A stretch of 64,000 nt of DNA, from contig JBEKKK010000001.1 in assembly GCA_050010755.1 (NCBI GenBank), forward strand, positions 96,001 to 160,000, read 5' to 3'. Below are positions 56,611 through 64,000 of the stretch, piece by piece. Under the pieces are notes generated by a model. It was not told the origin of the DNA. It worked only from the letters and a program-made list of their open reading frames with translations, and did not search any database. Source of the DNA: Candidatus Bathyarchaeia archaeon (lineage in GTDB: Archaea; Thermoproteota; Bathyarchaeia; Bathyarchaeales; Bathycorpusculaceae). The translations under genes and the position numbers were made by a program. Position 1 is the first letter of the stretch; the number at the start of each line of letters is the position of its first letter.

Positions 56611-57348
56611 TCATGATTCTTCGTGTGTTTGTGGGTTGTAAGTGTCGTGTGTAACGGGTGCGATGCCGTATCTGAAAATGATCGTGAACATTTTGAAGCC
56701 GTCAAACAGTATGCGTAACCTGGATTTGCCTTCTTCTCTCCTTAAGCAGAGTATTGGGATTTCTTCGAGTTTGAAGCCGTTTCTGAGTCCTTTAACCGTG
56801 ATTTCGGTTTCGATTTCGAAGCCGTCTGACTTGAGGGTGATGTGGTTGAGAAAGGTTTTTTTGAAGGCTCTGAAGCCTGTTTGACTGTCGGTGATGTACT
56901 TTCCTGTCATCATCGTGATGGAGAGGTTTAGGAGTTTGTTGCCTATTTGGTTAAGTTTTGTTGTAAAGTTTTCTCCGTCGCCGAGGAATCTTGATCCGGA
57001 TACGATGTCGGTTCCGTTGTACAGTGGATAGATGAGTTTGGGAATTTCTTCGGGTTTGTGTTCTCCGTCAGCGTCTATGGTTACGATTATTTCTCCGCGT
57101 GCCTGGCGGAAGGCTTTTCTCATTGCGTGGCCTTTTCCGTGGTTGCTTCCGTCTCCTATCACTATGGCGTTGGAGGCTAAGGCTACTTTTTTTGTGTTGT
57201 CTGTTGATCCGTCGTCGACGACCAATATTTCATGTCGCACCTTGAGCTTTTCCATGACGGCGGTAATTCTTGAGATGATATCTCCGATGGTTTTGCCTTC
57301 GTTGTAGGCCGGAATGACTATTGAAACCGATGGCCGCCACTGTTGCAT
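56611..57348 (-). CDS. Glycosyltransferase family 2 (Dol-P-sugar synthase-like)
   Basis: IPAYNE, VDDGS.D.T, N.GKG.A, DADG.H, GSRF, DSQTGFR, FEIETE; start uncertain (57348 or 57429). Confidence 0.92.
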   Translation of the reverse strand: MQQWRPSVSIVIPAYNEGKTIGDIISRITAVMEKLKVRHEILVVDDGSTDNTKKVALASNAIVIGDGSNHGKGHAMRKAFRQARGEIIVTIDADGEHKPEEIPKLIYPLYNGTDIVSGSRFLGDGENFTTKLNQIGNKLLNLSITMMTGKYITDSQTGFRAFKKTFLNHITLKSDGFEIETEITVKGLRNGFKLEEIPILCLRREEGKSRLRILFDGFKMFTIIFRYGIAPVTHDTYNPQTHEES

Positions 57349-57588
57349 TTGGTTCCTTTCTCCGTATCTTTCGCAGAGTACAATGTTGTAATTCATCGCT
57401 GCTTTACAAACAGCTATGGAAAAGCCCAAAACATAGTCTAGAAGAACATCATGGAAAAGTGGTGCCTATACTCTGTATGAAAGAACTAGAGGATTCATCC
57501 ACACGCGCGTTTGGTAAAGGATTGTTGACTAAATGCTAAAGGGTGCTTCACAAGAACCCTTAAGAAAAAAGAGCGCGCGCTAAAGGAT

Positions 57589-58656
57589 ATGCGGCAGGAT
57601 CTGGGAGAGAGGATTCTAGCATTAGCCTTAGCAGTGCTCATCATTTTGGCTTTCATGTATTGGTTTGAAGGATATAGCGTTCCAAGGGTCTCGGGCGTGG
57701 TAACTATCGGAGTGGGAGTCTATTGGGGAATGAACTGCTCTCAGCCTGTGGCTTCTATAAACTGGGGGATCCTCAGTCCAGGCTCGACGAAGAATACGAT
57801 TGTTTATGTCCGTAACGAAGCCCAACAGCTCATATCTCTCAACATGTCGACGGAGAATTGGAGCCCTTCAAGTGCGTCAAACTATATTCAACTCAAGTGG
57901 GACTACTCGGGGCAGGTTATGAATCCTAACAGTGTTCTCAAAGTAACATTGGTGCTTTCTGTGTCTTCTTCCCTGCCGAAAATATCCAGTGTCGGCTTTA
58001 ACCTTGTGATAGCTGGTGTTGCTGTTGCTTCGTCGAGCGTGATTTTTGCTGACGGCTTTGAATCTGGGAACTTTAAGGCATGGACCGGAACTTACGTCAC
58101 CACAGGCGAGACTGCCACCGTCGTTAGCACCGTTCACCAGAGCGGGTCCTACAGCGCCCTGTTCACGACCCACGGCGGGTCAACAGTTGCGAGAGCCTAC
58201 TGCTACAAGAACCTTTCCAACCAGTCCCAACTCTACACGCTGGCTTATGTGTACTTCAACAGCAGCGTGTCTCTTCCCAACTGGGACAGCCTGTGGCTAA
58301 TCCAGTTCCGTGACTCCGGCGGTTCTGCCATAGCGTCGTTTGGAGTAAGCAAGGACAGCACCTCCGTGAAGTGGACGACCCAGTATGGTCTTTCAACGAG
58401 GGTCTACGCAACATCTGGTCCAGCTGCTCATGTCTGGTACGCCGTGGAGGCTTACTTCAACAAGACTGCATCAGGCAAAGCACTGGTGATATACATAAAC
58501 GGGACTCAATTAGCTTCTTTAAGCGTAAACACGAGCGGATCCAACAGCGTAGCACAGGTTCGCGTTGGAATAACATACAATGCTGCGGGCTACAAGAATT
58601 GCTTGTACGCTGACACCGTCACCATCGATAACAAGTACATAACGCCGTCATCCTGA
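57589..58656 (+). CDS. Secreted/surface protein: N-terminal beta-sandwich plus lectin-like C-terminal domain
   Basis: N-terminal TM/signal; GVGVYW...INWG.L.PG......YVRNE domain; second domain starting IFADGFESGNF..W, Ser/Thr/Tyr rich. Confidence 0.7.
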   Translation: MRQDLGERILALALAVLIILAFMYWFEGYSVPRVSGVVTIGVGVYWGMNCSQPVASINWGILSPGSTKNTIVYVRNEAQQLISLNMSTENWSPSSASNYIQLKWDYSGQVMNPNSVLKVTLVLSVSSSLPKISSVGFNLVIAGVAVASSSVIFADGFESGNFKAWTGTYVTTGETATVVSTVHQSGSYSALFTTHGGSTVARAYCYKNLSNQSQLYTLAYVYFNSSVSLPNWDSLWLIQFRDSGGSAIASFGVSKDSTSVKWTTQYGLSTRVYATSGPAAHVWYAVEAYFNKTASGKALVIYINGTQLASLSVNTSGSNSVAQVRVGITYNAAGYKNCLYADTVTIDNKYITPSS

Positions 58657-58675
58657 AACTCTGGAAGCGGAAATG

Positions 58676-58718
58676 CACGCGCTTATTTTGGCCGTTTAGG
58701 GCGATCTGTAAGCGCGTG
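58676..58718 (+). terminator. Inverted repeat downstream of the surface-protein gene
   Basis: CACGCGCTTA ... TAAGCGCGTG perfect 10-bp arms followed by T-rich sequence. Confidence 0.35.
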
Positions 58719-58934
58719 TTCTTGTATCATTTTATGCGTTTCTATTGGAGATATTCGAAAGGTGTGCAGGGTTCGATTGGCGTGTGCCCGTGGAGCGGGC
58801 GGTTGGATGTGTAGTTTTTGATTCAAGACTGATTAATTTTTTGTGGGAGTGCGTTTATCGGTGGTTTGTTTGTGTGGAAAAGTTAAAATATCTGGCAGTA
58901 TGCTGTATTGTTCCTCTTTTGCAGGTGAGAAGGA

Positions 58935-59270
58935 ATGGAGAATTTGAGGGGGGCTCTTTTCTATGTGGAAAGGGCGCCGATGAGAAGCCGTGTTGATATT
59001 ATGGCTAACATTTTGAATGAGGCGAGCTTGTCGTCTGAAGGGTTGAGGAGGACGCGGATTATGTACAGGTGTAATCTCAGTTCGAGGCAGCTCAAGGTGT
59101 ACGTCAAGCTCTTGAGTGAAAAAGGGTTTCTGGATGTGCGCTCGATTGACTCTTCGAATGGGACGAATAGAAAAGTTGAGTTCTATCAGATTACGAAGGA
59201 CGGCTTGTCTTTTCTGAAGGCCTATGGTGATTTGAAGCGTCGGATGCGTGAGGGTATCCTATCTCGCTGA
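58935..59270 (+). CDS. Winged helix-turn-helix regulator (ArnR1/HTH_45-like)
   Basis: RSR.DI.A.IL, T.IMY..NLS..Q...Y...L...G.L, Y.IT..G..FL. Confidence 0.85.
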   Translation: MENLRGALFYVERAPMRSRVDIMANILNEASLSSEGLRRTRIMYRCNLSSRQLKVYVKLLSEKGFLDVRSIDSSNGTNRKVEFYQITKDGLSFLKAYGDLKRRMREGILSR

Positions 59271-59495
59271 AAGTTTCTCCTCGGTTTGGATTCGCGTCAG
59301 AAAAAGGCTTACGGTCCTCTCGATTTTCGCCCTCTTGCCCTGATCATTCAGTGATATGAACTTGTGTGCTGCGAGGAACTCTGTGATCTCTTCAGCATCT
59401 TTCATTCGAAGGTCTGTCTTTTCAGCAAGCTCGCTTATGCTGTGCCAGTCTCGGTCTGTTGCGAGTAGTTCCAGGATGCGATCGATCTCTAGCAA
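59259..59495 (-). CDS. Small winged-helix-like protein
   Basis: IDRILELL....WHSI.ELAEK..L......I..FL....FI pattern. Confidence 0.7.
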   Translation of the reverse strand: MLEIDRILELLATDRDWHSISELAEKTDLRMKDAEEITEFLAAHKFISLNDQGKRAKIERTVSLFLTRIQTEEKLSAR

Positions 59496-59653
59496 ACTCG
59501 TAGCCTCTTGAAAGCGTGCGCTTCTCTACTTTCGTGTTTTAGCAATAAACGATTTGTGAAGACTCATTCCCTAGGATGGTTGGAGTTTTTTTAGAAATTC
59601 AGCAGCGTTAGATCAGAAATGCCGTTTGGTTTCCACAGAAATTGGGCGTGAAT

Positions 59654-59718
59654 GTTATAGAAAGATAGCCTAGAATCTAGTTATAGAAGAAGAGTATAGA
59701 GTTTCAGCCTAGACTTAG
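59654..59718. promoter_or_regulatory. TAGAA/CTAG-rich direct-repeat cluster between divergent wHTH genes
   Basis: GTTATAGAA twice, GTATAGAG once and AGCCTAGA twice within ~65 bp, just upstream of a TATTAAAA box. Confidence 0.45.
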
Positions 59719-59863
59719 CTTCCGTAGGTATTAAAATGATTGTTTTCGGCTAATAGATGTTCATTGTGACATGGTTTAACTGCTGTTAATAGCGCGCGAG
59801 CTTTCCAATCCGCTTCCGTCAGGGAGGGATTTGAGAGCTTTGGCGCTCGATGGGGTGAGATTT

Positions 59864-60223
59864 TTGGGTCAGCATAGAACTTCTTTGGAGATTTTGGCGG
59901 AAATTCTTAGGATAGTCAGGGGTGGTGCCAGAAAGACCAGAATCATGTACCAGGCTAATCTGAGCTTTAGCATGTTGAAGAAGTACTTGGATTACGCGCA
60001 GGAGACTGAATTGGTGGTCTGTCCGGAAAACGGCAGTTGCTATTTTGCCACGCCGAAGGGTCATGAATTTCTGGAGAAGTATGAGAAGTATCTGTTGCGC
60101 AGTAGGCAAGTGGAGGATCAGCTGGAGACCATGGCCAAGGAAAGAGCGATGCTTGAAGAGGGCTACACGAGAAGGCAGAGACGTAAGGATCCATCAGCAG
60201 TTCAGTCTGCATCAGGGCAATAA
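59864..60223 (+). CDS. Winged helix-turn-helix regulator (ArnR1/HTH_45-like) with coiled-coil tail
   Basis: R..LEILA.IL, KTRIMYQANLS...L.KYL, T.KG.EFL; start set at TTG 59864 behind GGGGTGA. Confidence 0.87.
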   Translation: MGQHRTSLEILAEILRIVRGGARKTRIMYQANLSFSMLKKYLDYAQETELVVCPENGSCYFATPKGHEFLEKYEKYLLRSRQVEDQLETMAKERAMLEEGYTRRQRRKDPSAVQSASGQ

Positions 60224-60244
60224 TGCGTTCACAAAGCGAGGTTT

Positions 60245-60745
60245 TTGAAAACAATTGAAGCGTACGCTGGAGGTTGGGGACGGTTGAAGAAACTCTTTGT
60301 TCTTTTAGTTCTCTTTGTTCTCTTGTTGTCCTGTTTGTGTGTTCAGTGTAGAGCTGCGAGTGAGACGGATGCGCAATCGGCTGTTAGTGAGGCTTCGCAG
60401 AGGATTGTTACCTGTTACGGGGAGGTTGCAAACGCGAGCAGTGCAGGGGCGAACGTGTCTGCCCTGCTGCAGGTTTTGAACACTGCTGGTGACCTGTTGT
60501 CTAGGGCTCAGTTGGCTCTTGCCGATGGAGATTTCAATTCGTCATCAGCCCTCGCATTGCAGAGTCAGCAGGCGCTGGTGGGGTTTGATGCTCAGTCTGA
60601 GTCGTTGAGGAGTGCGGCTCTGCACAGTGGTTTCGTGGATTTTTGGGTTGACGTTGTGGGTTCTTCGGTGGGCGCGGTGGCTGTTTTAGTTTTAGGCTTT
60701 TTCGTTTGGCGATTCCTGAGCAAGAAGTATCCGGGGGTCACATGA
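60245..60745 (+). CDS. Membrane-anchored hypothetical protein
   Basis: Signal-like N-terminus, Ala-rich helical ectodomain (A...GANVS.L...LN.A), C-terminal TM helix with basic tail. Confidence 0.75.
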   Translation: MKTIEAYAGGWGRLKKLFVLLVLFVLLLSCLCVQCRAASETDAQSAVSEASQRIVTCYGEVANASSAGANVSALLQVLNTAGDLLSRAQLALADGDFNSSSALALQSQQALVGFDAQSESLRSAALHSGFVDFWVDVVGSSVGAVAVLVLGFFVWRFLSKKYPGVT

Positions 60746-61359
60746 TGAGCATAGGAAAATACGGGGTCACCTTTCTTATTGTCGTCGTTATCCTGGCTCT
60801 GCTGGTGGCTTCGCCGGCCCTGAGCAAGGCTCTTGTTTATCCTCGGACGGATTTTTTCAGTGAGATGTGGCTTTTGGGTTCGAATCATACGGCTGAGGAT
60901 TATCCGTTCAACTTGAGTAGTGGCCAGAGCTATGATATCTATTTGGGTCTTGGGGACCAGTTGGGTTATTGTGCGTATTATCAGGTTGAGGTTAAGTTTC
61001 GGAATGAGAGTCAGTCGATGCCGAGCAGTCTTGGGCCGGTTGAGGATAGGGTTCCGAGTGACTTGCCATCGTTGTATAATGTGAGCGCGTTTGTAGCGGA
61101 TCAGGGCAGTTGGGAGTTGCCGGTTTCGTTTGGTTTCAACTACGTCTATGATGCGAATGCGAGTGCAGTTAGGTTTGAGAGTTTGACGTTTAATGGTAAC
61201 CTGTTGAGTTTAGCTGGGGAAAGCACGGTTTGGAATAGCACGATGAGCAGGTTTTATGGTGATTTAGTTTTTGAATTATGGTTGTACAATAGTTCGTCGA
61301 GCAGCTTCGTTTATCATGACAGGTTTGTGGATTTGAAGCTGAATATGACTGTGACGTAG
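60742..61359 (+). CDS. DUF1616-family membrane protein
   Basis: N-terminal TM, FSE..LLG....A.DYP, Y.V.VK, L.FELW.Y, L.LN.T; ATGA overlap with upstream gene. Confidence 0.8.
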   Translation: MMSIGKYGVTFLIVVVILALLVASPALSKALVYPRTDFFSEMWLLGSNHTAEDYPFNLSSGQSYDIYLGLGDQLGYCAYYQVEVKFRNESQSMPSSLGPVEDRVPSDLPSLYNVSAFVADQGSWELPVSFGFNYVYDANASAVRFESLTFNGNLLSLAGESTVWNSTMSRFYGDLVFELWLYNSSSSSFVYHDRFVDLKLNMTVT

Positions 61360-61368
61360 GGTTCTCGG

Positions 61369-62142
61369 ATGGGTCAATATTACGTGAGGCCGTATAGAGA
61401 CGGTGATGAAGAGGAGGCTGCAAGGCTCTTCAACCAAAGATATCTTGCCTACGGTGGGTTTGTTCCAAGAACTGGTGAGTATTGGTTGTGGTCCTGTCTG
61501 CATAGGCCTGATGTGAGTAGGGAGGGGGTTTTCTTTGTGTCTGAGGAGGGGGCTCAGAATGTTTGTGGGTATGCTGTTGTTGGAACGACTGGGGAGATTT
61601 GGGAGTTTTGTGCGGGTTGTGATGAAGAGGTTGTTTCCTCGGTGCTTTTGAAGGAAATCGCGAGATACGTTGACGGTTTGGGAATCTCTTCTATGAACAT
61701 AAACGTTCCCGATGATGAGGTTCTGTGCAGGGTTCTTGTTCGAGAAGGGTTTTCGAGAGTTCCGGCTGAGAGAATGTTTGTGAGTACGATGAGCGTCGTC
61801 AATTTGCTTTCAAAATTGGTTGTGGATAGAAAACTTGACAGTGAAGAGGTTAATTTCGTGTTTGACCACGTTCCGTTTGGCGTTGAAAGAATTGTTTCAG
61901 TGAAAGTTCATGATGGCGCTGTGTCGGTTGCTGAGGGTTTGTCAAAGTCTGCGGATGTCACGGTCAGAGTTGAATTCGCTTCTTTCTTGTCAATTCTGTT
62001 CGGAACTGCTGGCATGCGTCGAGAGTTGATTAGAAGAAGGATGCGGGTTAAGCCCTTCTGGAAGATTTCGGAAGCGACGGGTTTTCTTCGCAAGGTGCGT
62101 CTTCAGAACGTTTGGTATTGGCCCTTGAGCGATTTTGGTTGA
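61369..62142 (+). CDS. GNAT-like protein with C-terminal SCP2-like domain
   Basis: VRPYRDGDEE GNAT start, GYAVV, GF; ADVTV...F.S.L.G...MRVK SCP2-like tail; acyl-CoA-binding motif A degenerate. Confidence 0.7.
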   Translation: MGQYYVRPYRDGDEEEAARLFNQRYLAYGGFVPRTGEYWLWSCLHRPDVSREGVFFVSEEGAQNVCGYAVVGTTGEIWEFCAGCDEEVVSSVLLKEIARYVDGLGISSMNINVPDDEVLCRVLVREGFSRVPAERMFVSTMSVVNLLSKLVVDRKLDSEEVNFVFDHVPFGVERIVSVKVHDGAVSVAEGLSKSADVTVRVEFASFLSILFGTAGMRRELIRRRMRVKPFWKISEATGFLRKVRLQNVWYWPLSDFG

Positions 62143-62154
62143 GGATGCAGGAGA

Positions 62155-62979
62155 ATGAGTGAACCGTATTCTTGCCGTCCCTTTCGTAATGGCGACGAAG
62201 AGCAAGTTCAGGAACTTATGAAGACTATCTTCAGTAGGTTCATGGGTGGGGATTATTGGAGTTGGAAGTATCCGCTTAATCCTGGGTTCGATCCGTCTTT
62301 GGTGGTGGTTGCGGAAAAAGATGGCAGAATAATTGGGTGCAATCACTGGTTGCGGAGGAGGCTCAAGATCGATAGTGCTCGTGAAGTTGGTGCTGGTTTG
62401 GGTGCGGACGTTGCGGTGGCTCCTGACTTTAGGAGTATGGGGGTTGGTAAGGCGTTGTTGAAGTTTGTCAGGACGGCGAATCCTTCTAAGAGGTTTGAGG
62501 TGATGTACATTTTTGCTGACCCGGAGTTGGCAAAGCGTTTTCATTCACCAGTAGCGGGTTATGTTCCTGCGCCCGATCGGACGGTTGCCTTTACGAAGAT
62601 TTTGAGCTGGGTGAAGGTCAGAGAGAGCGTTTCTTCTTTCAACAAGAAGATTTCCGAAGGTTCTGGGAAAGAATCTCTCGGGGGCGGTGTTAGTGTTCTT
62701 TTCAGGGTTGCTTCTGCTCCTCCGCTCTTTCTGGGTATTAGAAAGGGAGGCGTGGACGTTTATGAGAAGGAAGCGGCGCTGGAGCGGCGAGCGGACGTTA
62801 CGATTATCGGCGACGCGACGACTTTGAGCAGTCTTAAGGAAGGGGGAAGTGGCATGTGGCCGATGGTGAAGGCTTTGTTGGCGGGGAGGCTCAAGTTGAG
62901 GGGTAAGCCTTGGAAGTTGTGGTCTGTTTATAGGAATTTTTGGGTTTTTAGAGAGGTTTTCGGTGGGAAAATTACGTAG
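62155..62979 (+). CDS. GNAT acyltransferase with C-terminal SCP2-like domain
   Basis: RPFRNGDEE, YW.WKY..NP, DVAVAPDFRSMGVGKAL motif A; ADVTI.GD...LLAGRLKLRG SCP2-like tail. Confidence 0.8.
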   Translation: MSEPYSCRPFRNGDEEQVQELMKTIFSRFMGGDYWSWKYPLNPGFDPSLVVVAEKDGRIIGCNHWLRRRLKIDSAREVGAGLGADVAVAPDFRSMGVGKALLKFVRTANPSKRFEVMYIFADPELAKRFHSPVAGYVPAPDRTVAFTKILSWVKVRESVSSFNKKISEGSGKESLGGGVSVLFRVASAPPLFLGIRKGGVDVYEKEAALERRADVTIIGDATTLSSLKEGGSGMWPMVKALLAGRLKLRGKPWKLWSVYRNFWVFREVFGGKIT

Positions 62980-62995
62980 ATGAGGGGTTGTGGGT

Positions 62996-64000
62996 ATGCG
63001 TCGGCTGTTTTGGAATAGGAAGATTCAGAAGGCTTCGGAATCTGAGCTTAGGCGGTTGCAGCTTAGGCTTCTCAGGGCACAGGTGCGTTTTGTTTATAAG
63101 AACAGTAGGTTTTACAGGAGGAAGTTCAGGGAGAGCGGAGTGGGCAATCCGCAGATTAGAAGTTTGGAGGATGTTCAGAAGTTGCCGTTCGTTAGTCGGG
63201 AGGAGCTTGAGAGGGGGTTTTGGGATGTGGTTTCGGTTCCGTTTTCTGATGTTTCGACGATTCGGATGTCGAGTGGGAGCGTTGGGTTGCCGTTGGCGAT
63301 TGCTCATACTCAGGGGGATGTTGAGGGTTTCGCTGAGGCGAGTGCTAGGAAGCTGAGTTATCATGGGGTCACGGGGAAGGATGTTGTGCAGGTCACGTCT
63401 GCTTATGGCTTGTGGCAGGGGGCCTGGTCGGTTCATTGGGGTGCTGAGAAGATTGGCGCCTGCACCATTCCCGTTGGGGCTGGGGATACGGAGAGGCAGA
63501 TTCGCATCATTAGACAGTTCAAGCCGACCGTTCTGTACGGTGTGACGAATTATCATTTGAGAATAGCCGAAGTTGCTAAGTCGATGGGCCAGTCTCTGAG
63601 GGATAGCAATCTGTGGTTGGGTGTTTGCGTGGCTGAGAGGCCGACTAAGCAGCAGGTTGAGGTTTTGAAGAGAGAGTTCGGTTATGAGAAGGTGGCGCTG
63701 GATTATGGGGCTACGGAGTTTCCGGGGTTTTCTGTTAATTGTGATTGCAGTGATTTTCATCATGTTTGGGCGGATTATTATTTGGTTGAGGTTGTGGATC
63801 CGCGGACGCATGAGCTTTGTGGGGAAGGCGAGAAGGGCGAGCTAGTCCTTACGAGCCTTCAGAGGAAAGGGTTTCCGTTGGTTAGGTATCTTTCTCGGGA
63901 TGTTACGACTTTCATGGGGTTCGGAGAGTGTGAGTGTGGGATGTCGCATCCTAGGGTTGGGACGGAGATTGACCGCGAGGATTTCATGATTAAGATTCGG
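62996..64000 (+). CDS. Phenylacetate-CoA ligase (PaaK)-family adenylating enzyme, 3'-truncated by window edge (absent from ORF track)
   Basis: Hand translation MRRLFWNRKIQ..LQL..LR.QV.FVY.NS.FYR.KF..LED..KLPF..SSGSVG.P..YGLW.G....H.GAE.IG..YG.TE..EV.DP..GE.GELV.T.L....PLVRY...D; open to the end of the window. Confidence 0.88.
   Translation, partial: MRRLFWNRKIQKASESELRRLQLRLLRAQVRFVYKNSRFYRRKFRESGVGNPQIRSLEDVQKLPFVSREELERGFWDVVSVPFSDVSTIRMSSGSVGLPLAIAHTQGDVEGFAEASARKLSYHGVTGKDVVQVTSAYGLWQGAWSVHWGAEKIGACTIPVGAGDTERQIRIIRQFKPTVLYGVTNYHLRIAEVAKSMGQSLRDSNLWLGVCVAERPTKQQVEVLKREFGYEKVALDYGATEFPGFSVNCDCSDFHHVWADYYLVEVVDPRTHELCGEGEKGELVLTSLQRKGFPLVRYLSRDVTTFMGFGECECGMSHPRVGTEIDREDFMIKIR

Noticed and set aside
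60870-60895. GGTTCGAATC T-loop-like sequence suggesting a tRNA
   Set aside because: Inside the DUF1616 reading frame; no cloverleaf can be formed
62972-63811. 279-aa minus-strand ORF, and + strand ORFs 62988-63356 and 63363-63545
   Set aside because: Shadows of the PaaK-family gene starting at 62996; strong compositional skew suppresses stop codons

Overview
Gene-dense archaeal chromosomal window, most consistent with Bathyarchaeia (TACK). This is inferred from the complete cdhABCDE ACDS operon, eL38, SmAP3-type Lsm, the exosome/proteasome superoperon, expanded winged-HTH regulators and frequent TTG/GTG starts. Left to right it holds: glmM-glmU; RNA-processing and proteolysis genes (Lsm, PAC2, M28, tgtA, beta-CASP, archaemetzincin, presenilin-like protease, LonC-type protease); a Wood-Ljungdahl carbonyl-branch region with metal-cluster accessory genes (cooT, cdhA-E, NifX-like, Mrp, DUF134, CGGC, two cooC); an ECF transporter and the exosome/proteasome superoperon; FprA/DUF438; NfeD-SPFH; a PEF-CTERM surface metallopeptidase; nitroreductases; a class II aldolase; and a cell-surface locus (GT2, putative TasA-like protein, three wHTH regulators, DUF1616, two GNAT-SCP2 proteins, a PaaK-like ligase cut off by the window end). 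No tRNA, rRNA, CRISPR array or transposase was seen. The most unusual signals are: (1) an unexplained ~75-bp non-coding repeat with internal 13-bp-period CAACATTACA units and an A/G tail, recurring at ~180-bp pitch at two loci in inverted orientation around an 11.6-kb segment; (2) a sawtooth G+T versus A+C strand asymmetry independent of gene direction; (3) three apparent non-canonical start codons (CTG, ATA, ACG); (4) a eukaryote-like presenilin coupled to a metzincin; (5) a candidate surface fibre/glycan-acylation locus. All family assignments come from motif recognition by eye, not database searches.
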